A stretch of DNA of 64,000 nucleotides, taken from the NCBI GenBank assembly GCA_965262615.1, contig OZ253545.1, forward strand, positions 1,024,001 through 1,088,000. The letters are read 5' to 3'. Below the pieces are notes generated by a model that worked only from the letters and a program-made list of their open reading frames with translations, was not told the origin of the DNA and did not search any database. A program made the translations under genes and the position numbers. This document shows, in pieces, positions 52,461 through 62,427 of this stretch (its first letter is position 1; every line of letters begins with the position of its first letter). Source of the stretch: Alphaproteobacteria bacterium (GTDB taxonomy: Bacteria; Pseudomonadota; Alphaproteobacteria; GM7ARS4; G965262615).

Positions 52461-53305
52461 TGGCAATGAAAACGGTCACCATAGGCAATGATGAATGTGG
52501 CAATGAGCATCCACTGGTGCTGATGGCGGGACCCTGTGCATTGGAGAGTCTTGAGCATAGCTTGATGCTGGCACACTCCATTGGCGCGCTGGCACAGCGT
52601 CATGGTGTGCCGTTTGTTTTTAAGGGGTCGTTTGACAAAGCCAATCGGTCATCGTTGGATTCACCGCGCGGGGTGGGCATGGAGAAGGGACTGGAGATTT
52701 TGACTCAGGTGCGGGAAAAAATTGGCTGTTCCGTCATGACCGATGTGCACACCGAAAAACAGGCGACTCAAACGGGTGCGGTGGTGGATGTGATTCAAAT
52801 CCCTGCGTTTTTGTGTCGCCAGACGGATTTGCTGGTGGCGGCGGGCAAGAGCGGTGCGGTGGTCAATGTGAAAAAGGGACAATTCATGGCTCCGTGGGAT
52901 ATGGCACAGGTGGCGCATAAAATTGCATCAACGGGCAATGATGCCATTCTTTTGACCGAACGGGGGGTGTCTTTTGGCTATCAGCGGCTGGTGAGTGATT
53001 TGCGCGCCGTGCCCATCATGCAGCAGACGGGCTATCCTGTGATTTTTGATGCCACCCATTCGGTGCAGCAGCCGTCCTCATTGGGCAAGACATCGGGAGG
53101 CGAGCGTTCCTTCATTGCGTCTTTGGCGCGGGCGGCGGTGGCGGTGGGATGTGCAGGACTGTTCATTGAGGTGCATGAAGAGCCCAAACGCGCCCCCTCT
53201 GATGCCGCCACCATGCTGCCATTGCAGGAATTGGATGCTCTGCTCAAAGATGTTTCTTTTATAGACGCATACATCAAAAAGATGGTAAGAGAGCCTCATG
53301 AGTGA
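52460..53305 (+). CDS. kdsA: KDO-8-phosphate synthase
   Basis: AGPC, SFDKANRSS, PAFLCRQTDL, KKGQF, DATHSVQ. Confidence 0.98.
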   Translation: MAMKTVTIGNDECGNEHPLVLMAGPCALESLEHSLMLAHSIGALAQRHGVPFVFKGSFDKANRSSLDSPRGVGMEKGLEILTQVREKIGCSVMTDVHTEKQATQTGAVVDVIQIPAFLCRQTDLLVAAGKSGAVVNVKKGQFMAPWDMAQVAHKIASTGNDAILLTERGVSFGYQRLVSDLRAVPIMQQTGYPVIFDATHSVQQPSSLGKTSGGERSFIASLARAAVAVGCAGLFIEVHEEPKRAPSDAATMLPLQELDALLKDVSFIDAYIKKMVREPHE

Positions 53306-54572
53306 TTCCTACGCCATTGTTGCGATGGATGCGCGAGAGATTTTAGACAGCCGCGGCATTCCCACAGTTCATTGTGGGGTTCGTCTGGGCGGCGGCGCAG
53401 AGGGATGGGCATCCGTGCCGTCGGGAGCGTCAACGGGAAGTCATGAGGCTCACGAATTGCGTGATGGTGATGGCAAACGCTATGGCGGCAAGGGCGTGCA
53501 AAAAGCCATTGAATCGGTACGGCAAATTTTTGCCGCATTGCAGGGCATGGACGCGCGAGAACAGGGCATCATTGATGCCACCATGGTGCAATTGGATGGA
53601 ACAAAGCAAAAAAAGAAACTGGGAGCGAACGCCATCTTGGCGGTGAGTCTGGCGGTTGCCAAAGCGGCGGCGGCGGCGTGTCGACAGCCGCTCTATCGTT
53701 ACTGGGGAGGCGCAGCGGCTCGTGTTTTGCCCATTCCCATGATGAATGTCATCAATGGCGGATGCCATGCCGATAATGGTCTTGCCATTCAGGAACTCAT
53801 GATTGTGCCGCACGGCGCGCCGTCTTTTGCTGAGGCTTTACGCATGGGATCAGAAGTGTTTCATTATCTTAAAGCCTTACTGGCAGAGGGAAATTTTGTG
53901 ACCGCTGTCGGCGATGAGGGAGGCTTTGCTCCCAATCTGGACACCCATCGTGAGGCTCTGAATCTCATGATGCAAGCCATTGAGAAGGCGGGATACAAAA
54001 GCGGCGCGCACATCTCATTGGCGATGGATGCCGCCGCGTCCGAATTTTATCAAGACAATCGCTATCACATTGAAAATCAGGCATTGAGTGGCACGCAGCT
54101 GCGTGAGTGGTATGAGGCACTCATCAAGGATTATCCCATCGTTTCCATTGAAGACCCCTTTGCCGAGGATGATGATGCCGCCTGGCAGGACATGATGCAA
54201 CACTGTTCCTCAATTCAAATTGTGGGGGATGACTTATTCGTGACGCACCCTACATTAATTGAGCGAGGCTATGAGAAAAAAATGGCAAATGCGGTGCTGC
54301 TCAAGCCCAATCAGGTTGGCACATTGAGTGAGACTCAAGGAGCTTATGATTGCGCGGCTGGCTATGGCTGGGGCGGCATTATGTCGCACCGCTCGGGCGA
54401 GACCGAAGACACCACCATTGCCGATTTGGCGGTGGCGTTTGGTTGCGGACAAATCAAAACGGGCTCTTTGTCGCGCTCGGAGCGACTGGCGAAATACAAC
54501 CGCCTTCTTGCCATTGAGGAGGAACTGGGCGAGACGGCGCGCTATGGCATCCCTTTGCCTTTTCTGCGGTGA
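53298..54572 (+). CDS. eno: Enolase
   Basis: ILDSRG, VPSGASTG, GDEGGFAP, SHRSGET, QIKTG. Confidence 0.99.
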   Translation: MSDSYAIVAMDAREILDSRGIPTVHCGVRLGGGAEGWASVPSGASTGSHEAHELRDGDGKRYGGKGVQKAIESVRQIFAALQGMDAREQGIIDATMVQLDGTKQKKKLGANAILAVSLAVAKAAAAACRQPLYRYWGGAAARVLPIPMMNVINGGCHADNGLAIQELMIVPHGAPSFAEALRMGSEVFHYLKALLAEGNFVTAVGDEGGFAPNLDTHREALNLMMQAIEKAGYKSGAHISLAMDAAASEFYQDNRYHIENQALSGTQLREWYEALIKDYPIVSIEDPFAEDDDAAWQDMMQHCSSIQIVGDDLFVTHPTLIERGYEKKMANAVLLKPNQVGTLSETQGAYDCAAGYGWGGIMSHRSGETEDTTIADLAVAFGCGQIKTGSLSRSERLAKYNRLLAIEEELGETARYGIPLPFLR

Positions 54573-54578
54573 TTGACC

Positions 54579-55556
54579 ATGACTGACCGTATCCCTTCCA
54601 ATTTAGAAGATGAGATTGTGCGTCTCAAGAACGAGCGCAATGCCGTGATTTTGGCGCATTACTATCAGGATGAAGACATTCAAGACATTGCCGACCATGT
54701 GGGCGATTCCCTTGATTTATCACGCAAAGCGGCACAAACCCAATGCGAAGTCATTGTGTTTTGCGGGGTGCGTTTTATGGCAGAGACGGCAAAAATTCTA
54801 TCGCCCACACGCACCGTGTTATTGCCTGACATCAATGCGGGATGCTCTTTGGAGGAATCGTGTTCGGCAACTCATTTGGCGGCGTTTCGTCATCGCAATC
54901 CCCATCATATTGTGGTGAGCTATATCAATTGTTCGGCGGATGTCAAAGCGTTGTCGGATATTATTGTGACCTCCTCCAATGCGGAAACAATTATCCGCCA
55001 CTTGCCTGCCGACAAGCCGATTTTATTTGCCCCTGACCGCCATCTGGGGGCATGGCTGCAGAAACAAACGGGACGCGATATGACTCTGTGGCAGGGCGGC
55101 TGCATTGTCCATGAGACTTTTTCCCAGCGCGCCCTGCTGGATTTGAAAAGACAATATCCGCAAGCACAGGTGACCGCGCATCCAGAGTGTGAGGAATCAT
55201 TGTTGCGTCATGCCGACCACATCGGCTCTACCTCTGCCATGCTGCAATTTGTGACGCAAAGCTCGTATGATTGCTTCATTGTTGCCACCGAGAAGAATCT
55301 CATTCATACCATGCGCAAAGCCGCGCCTCATAAGAAGTTTATTGCGGCACCGGTGCAAGAGGGCAGTTGTGATCATTGTGCGTCATGTCCTTACATGGCA
55401 CTCAACACGATGGAGAAGTTGTATCTGTGCCTGCGCGATGGCACGCCTGCCATTGATATGGAATCAAGGCTGATGGATGCGGCACTGCGTCCTCTGCAAC
55501 GGATGCTTCACGCCTCTCGCAATGAGAATGAGGGGCGGATGATTACGCTGGGCTGA
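54579..55556 (+). CDS. nadA: Quinolinate synthase
   Basis: ILAHYYQ, GDSL, FCGVRFMAE, GCSL, CIVH, AHPEC, CPYM. Confidence 0.97.
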   Translation: MTDRIPSNLEDEIVRLKNERNAVILAHYYQDEDIQDIADHVGDSLDLSRKAAQTQCEVIVFCGVRFMAETAKILSPTRTVLLPDINAGCSLEESCSATHLAAFRHRNPHHIVVSYINCSADVKALSDIIVTSSNAETIIRHLPADKPILFAPDRHLGAWLQKQTGRDMTLWQGGCIVHETFSQRALLDLKRQYPQAQVTAHPECEESLLRHADHIGSTSAMLQFVTQSSYDCFIVATEKNLIHTMRKAAPHKKFIAAPVQEGSCDHCASCPYMALNTMEKLYLCLRDGTPAIDMESRLMDAALRPLQRMLHASRNENEGRMITLG

Positions 55557-56395
55557 TGGAGGATGCCCTTCACAAGGAAATCATCTTCCTGATGGAAACA
55601 TGCCTCGCGGAAGATGGCGCGCATGATGATGTCACCTCGCGCGCCCTTGTGGGTGATTCACAAGTGGCACAATTGATTCTTGTTGCCGATTGCGAATTGG
55701 TGATGGCGGGCGGCGCGCCATTGGTTGCCACACAGAACACATGGAGCAGGGGAACGCAATTGAAATCATTGGTGAATGATGGCACGATGGTGGCGGCGGG
55801 CGAGTCTCTGATGCAATGGCAAGGCGACTCGCGTCAATTGCTGGCACTGGAGAGGTCTGTGCTCAATGTTTTGCATATTGGGTGTGCCATTGCCACCACG
55901 GCGTATCGTTATTGTGAGCTGGTGCGGGATTCATCTATGGATGTGTGGGACACTCGCAAAACCGTTCCTGCGTTGCGTTATTTATCAAAATATGCGGTGC
56001 GCATGGGGGGAGCGCGCAATCATCGGGCGAATTTGCAAGAGGGGATACTCATCAAGGATAATCACATTGCGGCGTGTGGCGGCGTTGCCAATGCCATGCG
56101 CGCGATGCGTCAGCAAAAAAAGACGGAATTTATTATTGAGTGTGACTCATACGATGATGCCATCACCGCCATTGATATGGCAGCGTCATGGATTATTCTG
56201 GATAACATGGATGATGAGACGATGGCAAAGGTGGCGGCATATAATGAGGGGCGATGTCATTTGGAGGCTTCGGGCAACATGACGATGGAGCGGGTGGGTC
56301 ATTTGGCGCGACTGCCCTTAGATGGTGTATCCGTGGGGGCAATGACGCTCTTTCCCGACAGGGTGAGCATTGCCGCTCATTGGAACACAGCATGA
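55556..56395 (+). CDS. nadC: Quinolinate phosphoribosyltransferase (divergent)
   Basis: LAED, DVTS, ER, DTRKT, NHR, IKDNH, LDNM, LEASG. Confidence 0.93.
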   Translation: MEDALHKEIIFLMETCLAEDGAHDDVTSRALVGDSQVAQLILVADCELVMAGGAPLVATQNTWSRGTQLKSLVNDGTMVAAGESLMQWQGDSRQLLALERSVLNVLHIGCAIATTAYRYCELVRDSSMDVWDTRKTVPALRYLSKYAVRMGGARNHRANLQEGILIKDNHIAACGGVANAMRAMRQQKKTEFIIECDSYDDAITAIDMAASWIILDNMDDETMAKVAAYNEGRCHLEASGNMTMERVGHLARLPLDGVSVGAMTLFPDRVSIAAHWNTA

Positions 56396-57438
56396 GACAA
56401 ATTATGAGACGAGGTGTTGCATGGCTATGTCTGTGGTTGCCACTGATGGCACACGCGCAACCGTCTGAGTTGCCACAGGCGCGCCCTGCTGATTTTGCCG
56501 TCATTCAGGCACAAAGGCAGGCGGAGCAAAAAAATGTCGCCGTGTGGTTATCGCTTCTGAAGGAGGAAGCTATGGCACAGCAGGTATCTGCTGAATTGTT
56601 TGAGCAAGCCTTTGAGGGGTTTGTTCCCATCATGTCCATTGTGCGATTGCAAAACAGACAGTGGGAATTCACCATCACGGTGCAACAGTATCTGGCGCGC
56701 GTGTTGAATGATGAGCGCATCGCTCAAGCGCGAGCACTCACACAACACCACAGTGATTTATTGGCGCGCATTGAGTCTCACTATGGGGTTGAGGCGTCGT
56801 ATGTGGTGGCGTTATGGGGGTTGGAGAGTCAATTTGGCGAGCGACAGGGGAGTCATAATGTGTTTCATGCGCTGGCGACTCTGGCTTATAAGGGCAGGCG
56901 GCGCGCTTTTTTTCGCAAAGAACTGCTGCAGGCACTGGTGATTGCTCAGCGCAGTGGCGTGTCACCCCGCATCATGATGGGATCATGGGCGGGAGCGATG
57001 GGGCAGGTGCAATTCATGCCCAGCAGCTATCAAAATTATGCCCAAGATTTCAATGGTGACGGCATCAAGGATATTTGGAATAACACCGCCGATGCACTGG
57101 CATCAGCCGCCAACTATTTGAGACAGTTTAACTGGAAAAAAGGACGAGGATGGGGAGTCAAAGTGACGATGCCGTCTCAATTATCATTTGCAAAGGCAGG
57201 GCTGCAGACAAATAAAGCTCGCTCCATCAAAGAGTGGCGCACACTGGGGGTGCGTCCCATTGGGGCACAGAAAAAATCTCTGCGAGGGTCGCAAAAGGCG
57301 TGGCTCATTTCGCCCGACAAAAACAAGCAGGAGGCGTGGCTGGTTTTTCCCAATTTCAAGCGTATTTTGTTTTGGAATCGCTCCAGTTATTTTGCAATTT
57401 CGGTGGGCACTCTTGCCGATAGCATCGCGGATGGTTAA
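56392..57438 (+). CDS. Lytic murein transglycosylase (MltB/SLT_2 family)
   Basis: ALWGLES, GSWAGAMGQVQFMPS, DFNGDG, SAANYL. Confidence 0.94.
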   Translation: MRQIMRRGVAWLCLWLPLMAHAQPSELPQARPADFAVIQAQRQAEQKNVAVWLSLLKEEAMAQQVSAELFEQAFEGFVPIMSIVRLQNRQWEFTITVQQYLARVLNDERIAQARALTQHHSDLLARIESHYGVEASYVVALWGLESQFGERQGSHNVFHALATLAYKGRRRAFFRKELLQALVIAQRSGVSPRIMMGSWAGAMGQVQFMPSSYQNYAQDFNGDGIKDIWNNTADALASAANYLRQFNWKKGRGWGVKVTMPSQLSFAKAGLQTNKARSIKEWRTLGVRPIGAQKKSLRGSQKAWLISPDKNKQEAWLVFPNFKRILFWNRSSYFAISVGTLADSIADG

Positions 57439-57441
57439 ACT
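57413..57441 (+). promoter_or_regulatory. Putative sigma70 promoter (leaderless) of rlpA
   Basis: TTGCCG(57413-18), 17 bp, TAAACT(57436-41), 6 nt to ATG 57448. Confidence 0.55.
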
Positions 57442-57447
57442 GTGACT

Positions 57448-58218
57448 ATGTCTGTGCCGTTTGCTATTTTTTTGACAGTGCCACTGATGCTGGTCTCGTG
57501 TGGCACAACCCAATCGGTGGGACATTACAAAGTGGGCGAACCCTATACGGTGGATGGTAAAATCTATGTGCCGGGCGAGGATCCCGATTATGATGAAATC
57601 GGCATTGCCTCATGGTACGGCGAGCCATTTGATGGACAAGAAACCGCCAATGGTGAGATTTTCAAGGCAGACCAATTTTCCGCAGCCCACAAAACACTGC
57701 CATTGCCCAGCTATGTGAAGGTCACCAATTTGGACAACCAAAAAAGCATGATCATACGGGTCAATGATCGCGGTCCTTTTGTGCGGGGTCGCATATTGGA
57801 TGTCTCGGAGGCGGCGGCTCGTCAATTGGGTTTTCACAAAGAGGGCAAAGCGTTGGTGCGGGTGCAATTTTTGCCCAAACAGAGCTTACAGGCGGCGCGC
57901 CAAGCCATCATTTATGAAGAGTGGCGCAGGGGCGGCGATCCTTTAAAGACTGATTTCAAGCCCACCGTTTCGCGTCAGGGTGATATTTATGTGCAGGCGG
58001 GTGCATACAGACGCCAAAGGAGTATCAATAATTTGGTCAATGCATTGGAGGATGCCCAATTGCCCGTGGGCGAGCCCATCATTGATCGTGTGACCATTGG
58101 TGGTGATGATGTGTTTCGTCTGCGTTTTGGTCCTTTTGCAGGACAATCGGATGCGATTAATTTTCGCCAATGGCTCCAAGAGAAAGGCGTTCCCGATGCC
58201 TACATTGTGGTGCGCTGA
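57448..58218 (+). CDS. rlpA: Septal lytic transglycosylase lipoprotein RlpA with SPOR domain
   Basis: Lipobox LVSC, GIASWYG, TANGE, AAHKTLPLP, VNDRGPF, C-term VQAGAY. Confidence 0.95.
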   Translation: MSVPFAIFLTVPLMLVSCGTTQSVGHYKVGEPYTVDGKIYVPGEDPDYDEIGIASWYGEPFDGQETANGEIFKADQFSAAHKTLPLPSYVKVTNLDNQKSMIIRVNDRGPFVRGRILDVSEAAARQLGFHKEGKALVRVQFLPKQSLQAARQAIIYEEWRRGGDPLKTDFKPTVSRQGDIYVQAGAYRRQRSINNLVNALEDAQLPVGEPIIDRVTIGGDDVFRLRFGPFAGQSDAINFRQWLQEKGVPDAYIVVR

Positions 58219-59338
58219 TTTGCGCTGGGCGTTGCTTGGACTGATTTTTGCTGGCGAGGTGGCGCAGGCGACCATGCCTGGAGCATTGACGGCACAGCAG
58301 GTCATTGTGATGGATGCCCATACCCAAACCGTTCTTATGGAAAAAAATGCCGATGAGCCCATTGCCCCGGCATCTTTGACTAAAATCATGACGGCTGCCA
58401 TTGTTTTTGATGCCATTAGCAATGGGACGATTCGCTTGGATGATCGCTTCACAGTCAGTGTCAAGGCATGGAAGACGGGGGGGTCTCGTATGTTTTTAGA
58501 GCCAGAAACTGAGGTGACGGTGCTTGATTTGTTGCGAGGGATTATTGTGCAGTCGGGCAATGATGCCGCCATCACGCTGGCGGAGGGACTCTATGGAACA
58601 GAGGAAAATTTTGCCGCCGCCATGACAGAACAAGCCAAACGATGGGGCTTGAAGGGAACACAGTTCAAAAACAGCACAGGATTGCCACAAAAGGGGCATT
58701 ACAGCACGGCACGAGATTTGGCGTTCCTATCATTGCACACCATTCGCGATTTTCCTCACATGTATGATTTATACAAGGAGAAGGTGTTCACTCATAATGA
58801 TATAACCCAATACAATCGCAATGCGTTGCTGAGTTCGTATGAGGGAACGGATGGTTTGAAGACGGGGCATGTTGAGGCATCAGGATACAGTTTGGCGGCA
58901 TCGGCAAAAAGGGGACGGCGGCGATTGATTATGGTGGTGAGCGGTTTGTCTAGCAATGAGCAGCGCAAACAAGAGAGTCAGGATATACTGAATTGGGGTT
59001 TTCGTCATTTTACCAATTACCGCATTGGCAATGAGCGGGCATTGACGGCACTGCCTCTGTGGTGGGGGAAAAAAGATGTGGTGCGGGTGCGGCTGGCACA
59101 GCCTCTTGTGCTGACGATGCGCCGTTTGCACTTCAAGGACACATCCATTCGTTTGCGTTATGTCTCGCCCGCCATTGCCCCCATTGAGCGAGGCGATGTG
59201 ATGGGGGAGGTGATGGTTATTCACAAAGATGGCACTGAAGTGATTCAGTCTGTTGTGGCGGCGGAGTCGGTGGCGGCGCGCGCTTCGTGGCTGCAACCCT
59301 TTGTTTTTGTGGCACGGTGGCTGCGGCAGACATTATGA
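58196..59338 (+). CDS. dacA: D-alanyl-D-alanine carboxypeptidase (PBP5/6 family)
   Basis: PASLTK, SGND, KTG; start approximate. Confidence 0.93.
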   Translation: MPTLWCADLRWALLGLIFAGEVAQATMPGALTAQQVIVMDAHTQTVLMEKNADEPIAPASLTKIMTAAIVFDAISNGTIRLDDRFTVSVKAWKTGGSRMFLEPETEVTVLDLLRGIIVQSGNDAAITLAEGLYGTEENFAAAMTEQAKRWGLKGTQFKNSTGLPQKGHYSTARDLAFLSLHTIRDFPHMYDLYKEKVFTHNDITQYNRNALLSSYEGTDGLKTGHVEASGYSLAASAKRGRRRLIMVVSGLSSNEQRKQESQDILNWGFRHFTNYRIGNERALTALPLWWGKKDVVRVRLAQPLVLTMRRLHFKDTSIRLRYVSPAIAPIERGDVMGEVMVIHKDGTEVIQSVVAAESVAARASWLQPFVFVARWLRQTL

Positions 59339-59916
59339 CCAAGCCTCTTTTTATCACGCTGGAGGGGGTGGATGGCATTGGCAAATCCACACAGCTGCGA
59401 TGCATTGCTCAGTGGCTGGAGCAACAGGGCATTAAGGTTTATTGCACCCAAGAGCCTGCGGGAGGCACACTGGGCAAGCAATTGACTCAATTGCTCAAGC
59501 ATGATGTTGCCATGTCACCCTTTAGTGAGGCTCTGCTGTTTTCGGCGGCACGCATTGAGCATCTAACAAAGCTTATTGTGCCCACTCTCAAAAATGGTCA
59601 ATGGGTTTTGTGTGATCGCTATATTCATTCCACCCGTGCCTATCAAGTGTATGAGCTTTCTATGGAAGAACGAGCTCTCTATGAACAGGTGGAATCCTAT
59701 TGTTTGGCACAGGCACAGCCAGACATGACTTTCATTTTGGATGGTGAGCCACATCGCTCCATGGCACTGGGGGATATTTTTGAAGAACGGGGGAGCGATT
59801 ACATGAAGACAATCAGAGAGCGATATCAGAAAATGACCGATTGCATCATGATTGATGCCAATCAGGCGACAGAAAAAGTGACGCAAGACATCATTGCTCA
59901 TCTGGAGAGACAATGA
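59335..59916 (+). CDS. tmk: Thymidylate kinase
   Basis: EGVDGIGKST, EP, CDRY. Confidence 0.95.
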   Translation: MTKPLFITLEGVDGIGKSTQLRCIAQWLEQQGIKVYCTQEPAGGTLGKQLTQLLKHDVAMSPFSEALLFSAARIEHLTKLIVPTLKNGQWVLCDRYIHSTRAYQVYELSMEERALYEQVESYCLAQAQPDMTFILDGEPHRSMALGDIFEERGSDYMKTIRERYQKMTDCIMIDANQATEKVTQDIIAHLERQ

Positions 59917-60902
59917 TGGTCAAGGAAATGGGAGACCATCGTGAGATTGAGGCAACACTGGGTTTGTATCACTCGGTGTTGCGCGGTCATGAGGCACAGC
60001 GTCAGCAGGTGATGGATGGCAGGGATGATTGTCACGCATGGTTGATTGGCGGCATGCGAGGCATCGGCAAAGGGACTTTTGCATTGCATGCGGCGCGCGC
60101 GTTGCTCAAGGGGGATGGGTGGACGGATATTGATGACAATGATCCTTATTGGCGGCGCATGGTTCTGGGGGGGCATTTGGATTTTTTTCTGCTGCGTCCC
60201 TCATCACAGGCAAAAACAAAAACGCGTCGGATTACCATTGAGCAGTTGCGAGAGCGGTTGCAGCATTTGTCGCTGTCTCATCATGAGAGCGGCAAAAAAG
60301 TGCTGGTGATTGATGCGTTGGAGGACATGACTTTTGCGGCACAACAAACACTGCTCAAGACGCTGGAAGAGCCGCCGCCTCGCTGTGTGATTTTGATCGT
60401 GTCTCATGCTCCCGCACGAGTTTTGGCGACCATTCGCTCTCGCTGTCGCTTGCTGATGCTGCGTCCTTTGGATGAGGTGAATTTTGAGGCGGTGGTGCGC
60501 CGTGAGCATCCACAACTGACGGCGGACATCAAGACGCTGTATCAATGGAGTGGCGGCGCAGCAGGAGTCGCTTGCCAAATGATTGCCATGAAGCACGAAG
60601 AACTCATGCAACAGACATGGCAATGGCTGCATGAGGCGGATGCATCACAGGGCGAGGCGCGCCGCATCAGTGAGCAATGGACAAAAGAACCACAGGCGTG
60701 GCATATCCTCATGAGAATGGTGGACGGATTTTTTTACCATCACACACATACCAACCATGCTCACAAGGGGGCGTTGTTTGATTTATGGGATACCTATCAA
60801 AAAATGACGCGCCGCGCTGGGTCACTTCATTTGCCAAAGGCACACATTGTTTTTTTGCTGTTGCAACGGATGAATCGGTGGCAGAGAATGGCTCATGGAT
60901 AA
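59913..60902 (+). CDS. holB: DNA polymerase III subunit delta'
   Basis: HAWLIGGMRGIGK, LLKTLEEPP, TIRSRC; tmk-holB-metG order. Confidence 0.92.
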   Translation: MMVKEMGDHREIEATLGLYHSVLRGHEAQRQQVMDGRDDCHAWLIGGMRGIGKGTFALHAARALLKGDGWTDIDDNDPYWRRMVLGGHLDFFLLRPSSQAKTKTRRITIEQLRERLQHLSLSHHESGKKVLVIDALEDMTFAAQQTLLKTLEEPPPRCVILIVSHAPARVLATIRSRCRLLMLRPLDEVNFEAVVRREHPQLTADIKTLYQWSGGAAGVACQMIAMKHEELMQQTWQWLHEADASQGEARRISEQWTKEPQAWHILMRMVDGFFYHHTHTNHAHKGALFDLWDTYQKMTRRAGSLHLPKAHIVFLLLQRMNRWQRMAHG

Positions 60903-62427
60903 TCGCTTCTACATCACGACTCCCATTTATTATGTGAATGATGCGCCCCACATTGGTCATGCCTACACCTCAGTGGCGTGTGATGTGCTGGCGCGTTTTT
61001 GGCGCAGTCGCGGCAAAAAGGTGTTTTTTCTCACAGGCACTGATGAACACGGACGCAAGGTCGCCGACAGTGCCGCGCAAAAAGGCATGAAGCCCCAACA
61101 ATTCGCCGACATTATGTCACAGCGGTTTCAAAAACTGAACGAGCAATTGCTCATCAGCAATGATGATTTTATTCGCACCACCCAAGAGCGTCATCAAGAA
61201 GCGGCGTGTCACTTTTGGAATGAACTAAACGCGCGCGGCTTTATCAAAAAAGATGTCTATCGTGGATTTTATTCGGTGCGAGATGAGACCTATGTGAGCG
61301 ATGATGCGGTGGTTCATCATAAGGACGGCAGTGTCACCGATGAGGCGGGCAATCCTTTGGAGCATTTGCAAGAAGAGAGTTTTTTCTTTGTGTTGAGTCG
61401 GTTCACCGATGCCTTGCTGGATTATTACAAGACACATACCGATGCCATTGTGCCGCACCATCGCCGCAATGAGGTGCAGCGATTTATTGAGGGGGGGCTG
61501 AAGGATTTATCCATTTCCCGTCAAAATTTGCAGTGGGGCATCCCCGTGCCACAGGAGAGCGATCATGTGATGTATGTGTGGATTGATGCTTTGGTGAATT
61601 ATTTGAGTGCCATTGGGTATCCGAACCACCATGAAGAGTGGTGGCCCGCTCAAATGCATGTGATTGGCAAGGACATTGTCCGTTTTCACGGCATTTATTG
61701 GCCGGCGATGTTGATGGCACTGGACTTGCCTCTGCCGCGTCAGTTGGTGGCGCATGGCTGGTGGACTCATGAGGGGGAGAAGATTTCAAAATCACGCGGC
61801 AATGTGATTGATCCCTTTGAACTGCTGGAGCGATGGGGTGTGAATGGGGTGCGTTATTTTTTGTTGCGAGAGATTCCCTTTGGCAATGATGGTGATTTTT
61901 CGGCAGATGCCATGCGTCGGCGCATCAATGGCGACCTTGCCAATGGTTTGGGCAATGTGAGTCAACGGGTGCTGCGTTTTATTGAGCGGCAGGCGGGGGG
62001 AGTGATGCCGCCTCGTCATTCATTGAATGATGAAGACCAAGCTCTTGTGGCTCAAGCCACGGCTCTGCCTGCGCTGATGGAGGATGCTTTGACGCGCGTG
62101 GCATTTCATCAAGGGTTGGAACATGTGTGGTCATTGATTGCGGCGAGTGATCGCTTTGTGGCGCACCATGCGCCGTGGCAATTGAAAAAGACCGATGAGC
62201 AGCGCATGGAGTCGGTGCTCTGGGTGCTGATGCAATCGCTGGCGGCGGTGATGAGCGCGCTTCATCCGTTTATGCCATCGGCGATGGAGCAGTTGCGCCA
62301 TCAGCTGGGCATGGCGGAAACATGGAACTCATTGCGTCCAACCGATGCTCTGCCGCCTGCGGGAACACCGCTGCCGCCGCCACAGCCGCTCTTTCCTCGT
62401 TGGGAGGACAGCGATGTTTGTGGATAG
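60895..62427 (+). CDS. metG: Methionine--tRNA ligase (short form)
   Basis: YITTPIYYVN, HIGH, GTDEHG, GKDI, KISKS. Confidence 0.98.
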   Translation: MDNRFYITTPIYYVNDAPHIGHAYTSVACDVLARFWRSRGKKVFFLTGTDEHGRKVADSAAQKGMKPQQFADIMSQRFQKLNEQLLISNDDFIRTTQERHQEAACHFWNELNARGFIKKDVYRGFYSVRDETYVSDDAVVHHKDGSVTDEAGNPLEHLQEESFFFVLSRFTDALLDYYKTHTDAIVPHHRRNEVQRFIEGGLKDLSISRQNLQWGIPVPQESDHVMYVWIDALVNYLSAIGYPNHHEEWWPAQMHVIGKDIVRFHGIYWPAMLMALDLPLPRQLVAHGWWTHEGEKISKSRGNVIDPFELLERWGVNGVRYFLLREIPFGNDGDFSADAMRRRINGDLANGLGNVSQRVLRFIERQAGGVMPPRHSLNDEDQALVAQATALPALMEDALTRVAFHQGLEHVWSLIAASDRFVAHHAPWQLKKTDEQRMESVLWVLMQSLAAVMSALHPFMPSAMEQLRHQLGMAETWNSLRPTDALPPAGTPLPPPQPLFPRWEDSDVCG

